Below, one piece after another: positions 37,715 to 50,299 of a stretch of 64,000 nucleotides of DNA (the stretch's first letter is position 1; the number at the start of each line of letters is the position of its first letter). The translations under genes and the position numbers were made by a program. The stretch comes from Hamiltosporidium tvaerminnensis FI-OER-3-3 (lineage: Eukaryota; Fungi; Microsporidia), in assembly GCA_022605425.2 (NCBI GenBank), contig JAKIMF020000004.1, positions 558,001 to 622,000 of the forward strand, in the 5' to 3' direction. A model generated the notes under the pieces. It searched no databases. It worked only from the letters and a program-made list of their open reading frames with translations, and was not told the DNA's origin.

Positions 37715-39276
37715 AAATCAGTAATGAAAAATTTAAAAATAAAAATTTAGTCTCAGATGCAATAATAACCCGTATCTCAATAGAAGATAACATATTCAAT
37801 TATAAATATAAACCTTACCAAGTAGTAATGTTAATAACAGAGAATGGAGAAAGATATTACGGTGTAATTAAATTACGTAGAAATAAAGGTCTTAATATGT
37901 ATTATGTACAATTTGTTGGTTGGAATAAAGAATATAATGAATGGTACTGTGAAGATGTATTGGAGGGTGTTATTATAGGAAATGGTGGGTGTAAATTATC
38001 AGTTGAAGATATTTTTATAGCGATGGGTAATAAAAAGCCTTCAAGGTCTTCTAAGGCTAATTATTTAATTGATGACCCTTTAATAAGAGAAAAGCATTGT
38101 CATAATGTTAGTAAGGTTGGTGATAGAAAAGATAGTGAAGGTAGTGATAGTGATAGGGGTGGTGGTAGGGTGTTAAATATGTATGGAGAAAAGGGTTTTA
38201 GAGATAGGAGATATGACCCTAATATGGAGGTTAATACTGAAAATATTAAGGGTGTTAAATATAGAGGGGTAAGCAATAAAGGGGTGTTAGATAGGGGTGA
38301 GTGGTATGGTGATTATAATAGGGTGTTAGACAGAGAAGAAGGATATTGCGTTAATAAAGGGGTGTTAAATAATAGAGAGGAGTGGTATGGTGACTATAAT
38401 AGGGTGTTAGACAGAGAAGAAGGATATTGCGTTAATAAAGGGGTGTTAAATAATAGAGAGGAGTGGTATGGTGATTATAATAGGGTGTTGGACAGAGAAG
38501 AAGGATATCCCAACTATAACAGGGTGTTAGATAGGGAAGAAGAGTATTCCAACTATAACAGAGTGTTAGATATGGAAGAAGGATACTCCAACCATAACAG
38601 GGTGTTAGATAGGGAAGAAGGATATGGTGATTATAACAGGGTGTTAGATACAAGAAAATGTTTAGGTAATTTTAAAGGGGTGTTAAATCATAATGAAGGA
38701 TACTCTAATTATAACGAGGTGTTAGATAGGAAAGAATATTATGGTGGGAATAAAGGGGTGTTAAATACTGAAGAAAAATTTGTAGATTATAAAGGGGTTT
38801 TACATGACAGAAGCCCTTATTATAATATTAAAGGTGGGTTAAATAGAAACGATAATGTTTCTTCCACCTTAAATTATATAAACACCCACGAACAAGAAAT
38901 TAAAGATTTAAATTGGAAAGATATAAGTAACAACGAGAAATACGGTTTTCAAAATACAAATATCTACAGTAAATTAAATAATATGAATATTACTAATTTA
39001 AGAAAAGACCACCCCTCAGGTATGAATATCAGCAAAGAAAAAAAAATAAGTTCAGATAAAAGTAATTCAGAAAGCAGTTGTCTTTTAATTGGCAATAAGA
39101 GAAACAAAAGTAGATTATCTGAAGAAAAACCGATGCCTACAATTAATTATGTTAAGAAATATTTTAGATGGTTTAAAGGTGATTGGGACACAGAAGAAAT
39201 GAGAAATTTTATGGCTTGCGTAGGTCTTAATGGTGTAAATGATTTAAATGAAAATAATTATATGTTTATGAAGTAA
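36562..39276 (+). CDS. ARID-domain plus Tudor/chromo-barrel protein (ARID4/RBBP1-like); the two tracked ORFs are probably one gene
   Basis: ARID: LNVYRLYVIVCKNGGMERIT..QKW...SYTVRTFYKKYLYEFE. Tudor-knot: YYG.I.......YYVQFVGWNKEYNEW. The break lies in a tandem-repeat/poly-A stretch (37400-37713), and both ORFs are in the same frame. Confidence 0.8.
37652..37713. other. Poly-A run inside a coding tandem repeat, probably an assembly/polishing artefact
   Basis: About 62 A's replace what would be repeat units (AGAATAAAAGATAAAAATAATGAAAAC...). Confidence 0.7.
38278..38810 (+). repeat. Coding minisatellite, ~39-nt (13-aa) unit RVLDREEGYxxYN
   Basis: GGGTGTTA(G/A)A recurs every 39-42 nt, about 14 times. 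Confidence 0.9.
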
Positions 39277-39574
39277 AAAAGAATTAAAATTTCATCAACA
39301 AATTAAGACTTATTTTTGTACTTAAAATTTTTATTTATTTCATTTTAAAAATGGTTTTAATTGTCGGATTTATTGGTATAAAATACTAATATTTGAATAA
39401 AAAACATTTTTATTGTTTTTTTTTATTTTATCTTTTTATTTTTCCTGATTATAAACTTATGATTTTATATTTTATTAAAATTATTAAGGAAAACCCCTGA
39501 AAAGAGATTTTCAGATGAAATAAATTATTTTAGAAAGGTTTTTTTTCTGTCAGATTGACAGTGTGAATAAAAAA

Positions 39575-39760
39575 ACCTTTCTAAAATTTGGAATAATAGA
39601 CCCGATATATTTATTTTAGATAAGAGATTAAATGCACTGGATGAGTTATCTATTATCTTAGACGTCATATTTTGTTGTATTAAGAAAAAAATATAGAAAA
39701 ATTACGACTTGTTTTACATTATAAGTCTTATTAAAAACCCAGGTTGTAATAATTTATTTG
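39575..39760 (+). mobile_element. RLE endonuclease fragment of the non-LTR element
   Basis: Translates as KIWNNRPDIFILDKR, followed by an RK/NYDL-like remnant. The DNA is near-identical to 58706-58735. Confidence 0.6.
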
Positions 39761-39780
39761 TAATAAACAGGGATAGATTC

Positions 39781-40018
39781 CCCCCTCATGCCAAGAGTAT
39801 AATTGGCTTGAAATATTCCCTGCTTTTCGTAAGAGGCGACTAAAAGAGACTGTTCTTCCAGATTGGAGTTAGGCGTAGAGATAGCGAACAACCCTTCAGA
39901 ACCATATTATTAAAAAACCCGAAAAAGTAAACAAACCCGCTCGAAAAAGACCGGTAGGCGGTATAACCGACAGCCGCCAAGACTTGTGCATGACTGTAGT
40001 GCAGAAGAAGAAGAATGA
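39781..40018 (+). mobile_element. Short non-autonomous RTE-derived element, copy 2
   Basis: CCCTGCTTTTCGTAAGAGGCGACTAAAAG...TTCCAGATTGGAGTTAGGCGTAG...GCCAAGACTTGTGCATGACTGTAGTGC followed by an (AGA)n tail. Confidence 0.75.
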
Positions 40019-43000
40019 TTCTGGGATGTTTGTAAATAACCATTATAAAATATAGCTTGGAAAGACCATGCATCAGTTATATACGAGGATATATATCCAT
40101 GGTCATAAATAATTATTAATTTTATTTATATTATTCTATAAGTGTATTTATATCGAAACCAAAATGCGATGAATAATTAAAATTAGTTTAAAAACTTCAT
40201 TTTATAAGTCAGATATATATGAAAATATTTTTATTTAAAATATCTTTGAAATGAAAAAATGTGTCAAATAAACAATATAAATGGTTTGATGATATAAATT
40301 CGCTCATACTCTACCAGTTCGAGACATATAGGTTATTAAATATGAGATAAGCCTTGAAAATAATTCGTAGATTTTCTAACATAAATATTAATTTTTGCAA
40401 TAAACCAGCGAGTAAACATGAAAAAATTATAATTTTTATTTTAAATGAATCATTTTGTTTTTTAAACTTGTATTTCAAGGTTGGTTAATTTAAGTGTTTA
40501 TAATTTTATTGTTTAGGTCATAACTTCTATTTATGTACTTTTTTTATAATATATATGAATGTGGTAGTTTCAATTTATATTTATGTGCCACTAATATATT
40601 CATCTTGAAATTTAGTTTTCTATTTTCAGGTTCGTCACTAAATTTTTTAGTTTATTTTAACTTCTATGTCATTACAGCTTATAGATTTTTATAAATTACT
40701 ATTTACTTTATTTATACAATAAACGTTACAATAATAATTGGGTCTTAGATGGAGATTATTTTTAATTTAATTGATTAAAATATTAATGAGAATATGTAAA
40801 TATCTTTGATAGAAAACATATTTTTGTTTTTAAGCACATCTAAGACTGATTTAATATCTTAGAAGTTATCTATAATTGCTTAATTAATTCAAATCATTGC
40901 AATATTATTGAAATCCATATAAATTAAATTTATTTTGGCGAAATGAATGTTTAAAAATTATTTTAGGTATTAAAAATCAAAGTTTAAATTTAAACTAATG
41001 TTGATGGCATTAAATTTTTTGCCTTCATTTTTACAAAATGTTTTAATTTAAATAATATGTATAGGATCAAAAATATTTATATGAAAAAAAACAATTTACT
41101 ATTCTTCATTTTTTAGATATCGAATCCATTGCATTTATAAATAATAAGAAACGTGGCTCGTATTATTCTAAAAAAATTAATTTACATATTATAATTCCAA
41201 ATTAATATGAAATTATATTTTTTTAATGAAAATTAATACCGATGAAGGAATTTAGAAGTTAATAAATTTAAATAAAGCTTGGTAGAAAACGCAATTCTAA
41301 ATATAATTTTGATTTTTAAAGGGTTCATTTCTGAAAATACATCAAACATGATCGTATTTCATCCTATTTCAAGAAACAAGCAAAAAATGAAACTAAATTA
41401 GCATTTTTGAATTTTGCTGATTTAAGATTTGTAAAAATATCTTGTAATTAGTAAGGAATAAAAAATATTAATTGCCGCACTTACAATTAATTTTGATATT
41501 GCTCTCCAATTAAAATCATATATTAAGTAAATTTTTTATATTTTAAAAGATATGTGTGAATAAATCAATATATTAAAAAAATATTTTGATCGTTGTTTTT
41601 GTAAGTTAAACTATGTTTTAAAAGCCTTTAAATTAAGAATTCAGATAATTAGTCTATTTTTGAGGTAATCGTAAAAATTCTTACGAAAAAATTTATAATT
41701 TAATGAAAATTTTGAACTCTAATTGAGTAACGAACGAAACTAAAAATACAATCTATATGAATATAAAATCTCTAATAATTTGTTTCGTTTTCGAGAGACA
41801 CGGTTACATTCATAAATTTTATATAAGATTATATTGTTTGTGATAAATTTATTATCTTATATTGCCAAAATGTTTTTTTAAAGTTTAAAATTTATAATGA
41901 ACGCAGAATTATAACTATAGTACTGCGAATAAACCATAATAAAAATAATTTGTATAATATTATATTGATTAAAAAAACATGAAAACCTAACCAGTAACTA
42001 ATAATAAATTGATTGAAACTGGATGTATAGATGGCTTACGGGCTTGAAAAATGGAATTTTTTATAAATAAAGTAGATTTTCTTCCGAAAATTATAATCAA
42101 ATAAAATCTTTAATTTCTAGAATACCGTATATCAATTTATAAATGTAAAAAATTAAAGTTTCTGAATTTCCAAGCTGTATAAAAATTTGTAGTAAAATAT
42201 TATATTCAAACTTATACGAAACATAAATAAATGATTATGGCAGCGGAAAATTATATTATACGTTGATAACAAAGTAAAATAGAAAATATTTGGAATGAAT
42301 TTTGAATTTTTTGAAAATAAATGCGTTTTCAAGAAAATATATTAAGATTTTAAATATTTTTGCTGTAATCTATACCTTTCATATTATAAAGAAATATTTA
42401 ATCCGGTATTTCTAAATATTTTCATTACAACAATTATAAATTAAATTTATAAAAGAAACAATAATTTATTGTATATTTGTAAGTTATAATGCCATATAAA
42501 TTAAGATTTAAATGTGGCAATGTTATTGTTTTCTTTTTTCACATTAAATAGATAAATAATTTTTTTTGTACTTTAATTTATTTTAAAAACCTTATATTTT
42601 TATTATTGCTCGCTTTTTAAGATATTTTAAAATGAAATGTTTTGATAGATTCTAATCAAAAAAAATTATTTGAGTTTACAATAATTTTAATTTTTAAGAT
42701 TTACAAACAAGAAATATTTAACTATTTTCAGGTCTATTTTTTGCGCTTATTGATAATTATAAATGATTTGGTTTTTGTATAATCATAAATATCGTAACTA
42801 GTAAGATGCTATATAATTCGTATATTTTGAAGAGTGTATAATGAACAAATAAATAAAATTTCTATATTTTAAATTCATATGAAATCGAGATATCAATTTA
42901 AATGATTATTTTATGGATATTTTAATGCTAATATTAAAAGAGTAAACCCCAATATTTTCTCCTTACGATAAGATCTCCTTAAACTTAGGTTTACATGAGA

Positions 43001-43975
43001 AATATCGAGATTATAATCATAATTGTTGAACATAGGATTTACTATGAAATCAAAGATAAAATTTCGGTGAAAAAATTGAAAATAAAATTGCTATTTTAAA
43101 ACAAAAAACAAATAAATTTCTAAATTTAAACAAGATACAATGTTACATCGAATGTACTATGATAATACACATTAAATGAATATTAAAGAAGTGCAACCTT
43201 TGATTTTAGTATATTTTAAAATTCTATATAGATTAGGTTTCCTTGTTGACACAACTAAAATCTTATCAAAAGATAACTGACTTAAATTTTATTTTTAACA
43301 TTAATAATTACCCAATAATGATAATTTGTACAACTTTTTATTAACTATTAATCTATATATTTTAAATCTTTGATTTGTTAAAATGATATTTTAAAATATT
43401 GAACAATCAGAAATATAATCTCAGACAAAATTTTTAATGGTTATTCACAGATACAATTATCTAATCTAAAAATGAAGTTTAAATTGCCAAAAATACATAT
43501 ATAGCGATTGAATTATATTGAATATTTATTGGAGAGAAAAATAATTTTAAAACGTAGATAGATGTTCGACTTCGCCAAAATCTATAATTGTATTATATCA
43601 TATCGAGCTTTTATTTCAAATTACTTTTTTAAAAAGTTAAAAGTTCGATGGGATATGATGTTTGTAAAAATTATAATAGAATATTTTAAATTAAACTCGT
43701 TATAAGAAATTAAAAACTCTCTGATACTAATCATTCATAACAAAAACTTCATGTTTCGGTCCCAAATCATTAAATTTTACTTAAAATTTAATAATCATAT
43801 TTTATCAAGTTAATAATCATTTTCGTTTACCATATCAATCTTTAATTTTAAATTTAAAATTATTGTATAATTCTGTTACAATTATTTTAAAAAATCAATT
43901 TTTACAAAACGTCTTATCATTAAAATACGAAACAGTGTTTCATGTTTGTATAAAACAATGTAAACATTTTTTTGT

Positions 43976-44551
43976 ATGTCTTCACTGAAATGTGTAATTG
44001 TTGGTGATGGTGGTGTAGGAAAAACATGGCTGATTACTACTTTTATAACAAATGAAAGTCCACAAGCATATTTACCCACAGTCTTTGACAATTTTACTGC
44101 AACAATACAATATAAGAATAAAAGACATGTTCTTTCTTTGTGGGATACATCAGGACAAGAAGAATATTCTCAACTTAGAGCTCTTTCATATCCACAAACT
44201 GATGTTTTTATACTGTGCTATGCGGTAAATAACGTGGTTAGTTTTAATAATATAAAAGCTAAGTGGTATTGTGAACTCAAACAATTCAATAAACCAATTC
44301 TTTTAGTTGCTACAAAAGTTGATACCAGAACAAATAATACAAATAACGACATGGTTACACCCGAAAAAGGAATTGATTTACAAAAAAAGTTACATATTAA
44401 TGATTTTATAGAATGTTCTGCACTTAAGAAAACCAAAATAAAAGAGGTGTTTGAAAAAGCAATAGAATGCACGTATAAATCCAAAAAACGGTCTTCGTTT
44501 TTCTCTTCTTGTTTTGGTTGTTGCTGTCATAAAACAGCTGTAAAGAATTAA
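43976..44551 (+). CDS. Rho-family small GTPase (Rac/Cdc42-like)
   Basis: GDGGVGKT, YLPTVFDNF, WDTSGQEEY..LR.LSYPQTDVF, TKVD and ECSAL. Confidence 0.95.
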   Translation: MSSLKCVIVGDGGVGKTWLITTFITNESPQAYLPTVFDNFTATIQYKNKRHVLSLWDTSGQEEYSQLRALSYPQTDVFILCYAVNNVVSFNNIKAKWYCELKQFNKPILLVATKVDTRTNNTNNDMVTPEKGIDLQKKLHINDFIECSALKKTKIKEVFEKAIECTYKSKKRSSFFSSCFGCCCHKTAVKN

Positions 44552-46276
44552 ATATTCAATACCTTTTTTACATCTTTACCTATTTTTATAGATTATTAAT
44601 ATTTTGATTCTTTGATTTAATATCATATATGAATAAATTAAATACTATTATAAACTATTTTTTCAATATTCTAATATTGTTTAGAACTCGTAACACGAGT
44701 AGTACACGAAGTCCAAATTTTTTTTGTTTTTCAACGTTTTTTAGATAAATATGGTTTTTGTTCGTTGGATGTCAGTTTGACACCAAACTGCTGAACTACA
44801 AAGAATATAGAACGTACCAATGTCTAAATAAAAATTATAAAGAGCCCTGTATGCTTAAAGTATACTATCTTTATAACTAAATATTTGAACACACTAATAT
44901 TCGAATTGCCTATAATTATGGTTTCCGTTTTTTATCATGGAGTATTAAATACTCGTGATTTAGCGAAATAAGAAGTTTTTCATAACCTTTTTTACACAAT
45001 TATACTTCTTAATAAAAATATTTATTCATAGATATTCTTCTTAAAATCTATGTTAATAAATAAATTCTTAAATTTAATTTTTTTGAATACGATACGACCA
45101 AATTTCAAATTTCATTGATAAACATACAGACTTAATGTTTGGTAATCATATTTTATAGCGAAACTAAATAAAAAATGTGGCTTGATGTTAAGAAAAGGCT
45201 TCCTATGAAAAACTTTTTTCACCTGCGATTTATAATTAAATTATATAAATCCTAAAGAATTATCTTCGTAATTCAGATAGGGATGAAAAACTTGTTATTT
45301 TTCATTTTCGCATTGGTTTTGTATAATTAAAGTGATAAAATTTACTTTTCACATATACTTGTGCTCATAAAAAAATACATAGAAAAGTTATTCGACGTAT
45401 TTGATAAATGTTTTGCGACTACAATACAGTACACAGATTTATATTTAGGGAATTCGCAAGAAGGATAAAAAAATCCAAAAAATGGACTTTATAATCTTAA
45501 AACCAATTATAAACGTAATGTTTTCGCACTGAAAACTATCAAAAAATATTGTAAAAGCAATATTTAACTTAAAATATAGCTTAGATTTCAACAGGAGCTT
45601 TAAGAAAAAATCAATGAAACATCTAATATGATAAAGAGCTAATTTTTTTAACTATAAAAAATTTTATTGAATTAATATCACATCATTTTGAATAGACGCA
45701 GCAATATATTCGGTTTCGTTAAATTTCACAGATATAATTTAAAATAGATAACCGAATAATCAAACCTTTATAATTATCTATGATACGAGTACATATTAAT
45801 ACCGCTCGTCTAAAGAACCCATGTAAAATCGCTTACACACGACATCGGTTTTCTGGACGGCATTAACACTTGTTGTCAAATGTGTTATTACAGGTGCAAT
45901 ATACCGTTAGCTCTATCTAGACCAGCAGTGTTCACAATCCCTACATAATTAGATCAAAATATATTTTTAAGCAAGATATACGATTGTGATTATCATTTAA
46001 TCTATCTAAAGACCGAAATTATATCAAATTCTTATATCTTGAAGTTAGATTTTTAAATATAAAGTATTTTCCGTATCTTTCAGGCGATAATCTTTCTAAC
46101 ACAACTTAGCAAGGGAAATTTTCATGGACTTACATGTCAAATACCGACTATCATAGGAGTTTTTTTGTAATATACTTACAATAACACTGCGTAACATGTT
46201 TCTTACGAAACCTTTGCTTTTAAAGACACTGATTTTTACAATTTATATAAAAAATCAAAACTGTAGTATCATATTC

Positions 46277-46495
46277 TATCATCATCGCTGCTACAGCCCT
46301 GCACGAGTTTTGGCCGGTCATCGTAATACCGCCTACAGGTCTTTTTCTGGTGAATATTTACTTTTTCAGGTTTCGTAAGAAGATGGTTTTAATGGGTGGG
46401 TTGCTAGCCCTACGCCCAAATCGGAGAATCTGTCCTTTTAGTCGCCTATTTTGAAAACCAGGGAATACTCCAAACCGATTCAGTTCTTGAAATGG
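46277..46495 (-). mobile_element. Short non-autonomous RTE-derived element, copy 3
   Basis: The reverse complement reads AGGCGACTAAAAGG...TTGGGCGTAGGGCTAGCAACCC...GGCCAAAACTCGTGCAGGGCTGTAGCAGC followed by a (GAT)n tail. Confidence 0.75.
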
Positions 46496-47492
46496 TTAAA
46501 AAACAGTATAAATATAGCATGCTTCTATTTTTTCACCTTTTCTAAGGTTTTGAAAATTAAAAAAGGTTAAATATTAATCTACACTTCATTTTTATAATCA
46601 GCAAATGTCGACGAAGAAGAATCCCATGTAAATTTTAAATGGACTGGAAAGGTGTAGGATACCAATATTAGTGTTCGAATTAAGAATATTACTCTTTTGA
46701 TATGTTCATAAATCTAATACAAACAAGAATACTGTGCAGAAGTAGAATATTAATTCAGTTCAAAGCTTTTTATAGGTTCAAAAAAATATTTCCATTACAT
46801 TTTGTTCATCAACTTTTTTTTAATTTACTATACCATAAGACTAATATTGAAAAATATATCGTTTTAGTTTTTTAAGTTTTTTTTAAACTGTAACATAAAT
46901 TCAGAGCACTTTATACGGGTTTTTGAATATTTTTAGTTGGATTTGAAATGGTAGAATAGAATTAATGTTAAATTGCCTTTTTTCCACACATTGATTTAGC
47001 TGTATTCTACGCAATAATGTGATAAAAAAGGTACTTTAAATAAATCTTCTGATTCTATTTTGTTTAAAATAAGACATTTATAATAAAACAAAAGAATTCC
47101 TGTTTCCGACAACAAAAAGATGTCATTTAATGAATGCAAACGAAAAAGAATGCAAAGTCTGATAAAAATAGATGGAAAATTTGACAATATAAACAAATAT
47201 CAATGAGCTAAAGTTCGGAACAATTAAAATAAATTAAAACAGAAGAAAAAAGAGAAAATATAAGCTTCTGAATTTTTAATATGAAGTTCTCAAAGGCAAG
47301 TAAAAATTTGAATATTTAAGTCTAAAAAAATAGGCGAGTAAACAGATCAGATAGTGGTATAAAAGTATAAATGAAAATATTATTAAATTATGGCTTGTAG
47401 TGTTGCATTTAAGAAGGCATGGCTACTTTATTCTTATTTTTTTGTTGTATTGAAAATTATCTCGGTTTCTTTGGGTTTAAAGGTCAGTAAAT

Positions 47493-49898
47493 TTATAAAT
47501 CGTTATAAATCTTAGTCTTTTTGGAAAAATTCATATAGGAATATTCACTTTTTTCTAGTATATAAAGATCAATTCGACATATGTTCAAGTTGAACAAAAG
47601 TTTTAATAATTTTTTATCGTTGGAATCTTTTGACCGAATTCCAACCTCTAAAACTTTAAGTTTTTTAAAATTTAAAATAGATTGAATTTCAGAAATTTCA
47701 AATTTATCAACCAAAATATCGAGTTTAAATATTGTATTTTTGATATTAACTTGGAGTATTTTCAATAAAGTGTCCAAATCGCGATACTTTCTTTGAACAC
47801 TCAATTCCAAATATCTTAGGGTTTTTAATTTTGAAAAAATCTGGATATCGTCTGGGCATAAAGAACCGATGTGGTATTTAAGTTCGGTAATGTTTTCTAA
47901 ATTCAAAAAATATGAAAAAACATACAAAACACTGAACAATGTATAGTTGGAAATTTCAGATATGTTTTCATATGATATGGATTTCAATTGTGGCAACTTT
48001 CGGGAATTTCTTGGGTGTAAATCGTTTATTCGTTTATTTAATAAAGCCTCGCTGTTTTTTAAGGTTTGATGGTCATGCAGTCTAAAATAAATAAATTTTA
48101 GTGAAATGTTTCTGTTTAGAAAGTAGAACAAATTTTCGTTTGGCGAACCAATAAGATCTTTGAATCCTATATAGATAATAGATTCGTTATAAGTATGAAT
48201 TTCATCTATATTTGTTTCTTCTGAAACTTTAAACATATCAAACCAAACCGAAATCAATCGTGGCGAGCAAAGTATAGCATGAAACAACTTATTCGTTAAT
48301 TTTATATTCTTAAATACCAAATTTTTCAAGAATATAAAGGATTTTAAAAACTCATAGGAATCTAAATAGTTTGATTTCACACTTATAAAATCCATTTTTA
48401 ATCGTTTAATCAAATTAAAATCGAATATTTTTGTAAAATAACTCGCATTATATGATTCTTTTTGAAGAGCTATGTTAAAACCTATACAAAAATTCTTAAG
48501 ATTTCTAGTTAAAAAATTTTCTAGATTAGTTTTTGAATCCAAACTTTCTATATCTTGATATAAATCTATGAAAATCGTATTGGGTCTTGTAAATAATTGA
48601 ATAACTGATTCCATTCGTATTTCTTCTAGAAACAGTCTATAAATACGTATTTTTATAAATTTAATCGATTTTGCTATTTTAAATTCCTCATTCGGATAAT
48701 GAATTACATCAGGATATACTTTTAGGAATTCCAAGGTAAGTTTTTCAATGTTTCTAAAATATGATATCACTTTCATAAAATCTTCATATGAAATTGAATC
48801 CACAAATATCACCTTTACAGTTTCTTTTGAATTTAAAAATCCACATTTATGTAATTTATATAATATCGTTAGTGTTTCTTTGGTGATCGCGACAGTAATT
48901 TTTTTAAAATGTGGAGGTAGTAAGGCAACCATCTCATCTACTTCAGACATATTTCTTTTATCTGAAAATCCGACGTGAACTTTATCAACGAAAAAAACCC
49001 GGATCAAATTTCGCCATATACATCTAGATGCCGCTTTTTTTAAATATTTATGTAAATTACATGTTCTAAACATCACGAAACAAATTTCGTCGTATGTTTT
49101 GTATTTTTTATGCAAATATAACGTGTTTGTATATTCCATTGGATCATATTCAGTGAATAATTCATAGATCAAAGTTTTGCTAACGAAATAAGATTTAAAA
49201 AAAAAGGCAATTAGATCACATACATGAAAATTATTATAGTCTTTAAAGTTTAATATCAAGCTAGAAGCTACTCTTGCAAAAGTTGCATCCGTTATCATAG
49301 AATAATAAACCATAGTTTTTATAAATAATTCATATTTTTCATCTCTTTTAACTCTAAATATATTCAAATGTTTCAAAATCTCAAAAACCATTTGTGGCTT
49401 TATCTGCCTAAAAATATTGCCTTCGGTCTTTAATATTTCAATTAAATACATGGATGTTGAAAAATCATGCTTATTCATGTATATTTTGACCTCAGCTTGA
49501 TTTTCGAGAATTCTTTCGTCAAAAAATACCGATGAAAAAAATGTATCGCTTGGATATTTAATTTTAAAATTCTTGATATAATTTTTAGGAGATAATGTCT
49601 GGCAGCTCTCTAATTTGCCGTTTTTCTCCAGGGAACATGTATTCGTGCTTAGGAAATAGTAATTATCTCTACATGACTGAAAGCAATCGTCTCCAATTTC
49701 ATCGATCTCTAAAAACTGCACTGTTAAGCAATTAATCGAGCTGTTTATAGAGAAAAATGGTAGCATACTGCGATTTATTCGCATTATTAGGAAAAATATT
49801 TTTTTTAGGAAATAAATACTATTGGGTAACATATAAGAACATTTCAGACCACATTTAGTCGTATTAAAATTTCTACTAAAATTTTCATCTATGATCAT
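47493..49898 (-). CDS. Large LRR-like hypothetical protein (lineage-expanded family type)
   Basis: About 800-aa ORF whose C-terminal half has LxxLxL periodicity (IEKLTLEF, LKNLVF, LKTLRYLELS, FKKLKVLEV). The start may be a downstream Met. Confidence 0.75.
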   Translation of the reverse strand: MIIDENFSRNFNTTKCGLKCSYMLPNSIYFLKKIFFLIMRINRSMLPFFSINSSINCLTVQFLEIDEIGDDCFQSCRDNYYFLSTNTCSLEKNGKLESCQTLSPKNYIKNFKIKYPSDTFFSSVFFDERILENQAEVKIYMNKHDFSTSMYLIEILKTEGNIFRQIKPQMVFEILKHLNIFRVKRDEKYELFIKTMVYYSMITDATFARVASSLILNFKDYNNFHVCDLIAFFFKSYFVSKTLIYELFTEYDPMEYTNTLYLHKKYKTYDEICFVMFRTCNLHKYLKKAASRCIWRNLIRVFFVDKVHVGFSDKRNMSEVDEMVALLPPHFKKITVAITKETLTILYKLHKCGFLNSKETVKVIFVDSISYEDFMKVISYFRNIEKLTLEFLKVYPDVIHYPNEEFKIAKSIKFIKIRIYRLFLEEIRMESVIQLFTRPNTIFIDLYQDIESLDSKTNLENFLTRNLKNFCIGFNIALQKESYNASYFTKIFDFNLIKRLKMDFISVKSNYLDSYEFLKSFIFLKNLVFKNIKLTNKLFHAILCSPRLISVWFDMFKVSEETNIDEIHTYNESIIYIGFKDLIGSPNENLFYFLNRNISLKFIYFRLHDHQTLKNSEALLNKRINDLHPRNSRKLPQLKSISYENISEISNYTLFSVLYVFSYFLNLENITELKYHIGSLCPDDIQIFSKLKTLRYLELSVQRKYRDLDTLLKILQVNIKNTIFKLDILVDKFEISEIQSILNFKKLKVLEVGIRSKDSNDKKLLKLLFNLNICRIDLYILEKSEYSYMNFSKKTKIYNDL

Positions 49899-50299
49899 TT
49901 TTATTGCGGTTAGAAAAATTAATTAAATTAGTTCAAGCATGCAAAAATTAACTACTAAGAAATGGATTGGATACAACGAAACAGTTAAATATATCTAAAG
50001 AGATTAAAGAATTTAGCAGAATTTCATAAATTTAACGGAAAATACTAAAAGAAATAAAACGAATAAAATTTAAGTGAATAGATTAAAAGAAAACAAAATA
50101 TTAAATACATATAAATGGATAAAAAGAAATTAAAAGTAATTAAACAGATTTTAAATAATTGAGAAAATTAAATTACTTAAATTGAATATGAAGTTATTTA
50201 TCTTTGTTTCTTTGGTTTATATCACAGTTTTTGTGTTTCATTGATTAGTTTTTCATATTTTGAGTCCTTGTTTTGAACTCAATCTTTTTATCACAATTA

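Noticed and set aside
38278-38810. CRISPR-like regularly spaced repeats
   Set aside because: This is an in-frame coding minisatellite with related rather than unique spacers, in a eukaryotic context with no cas genes.
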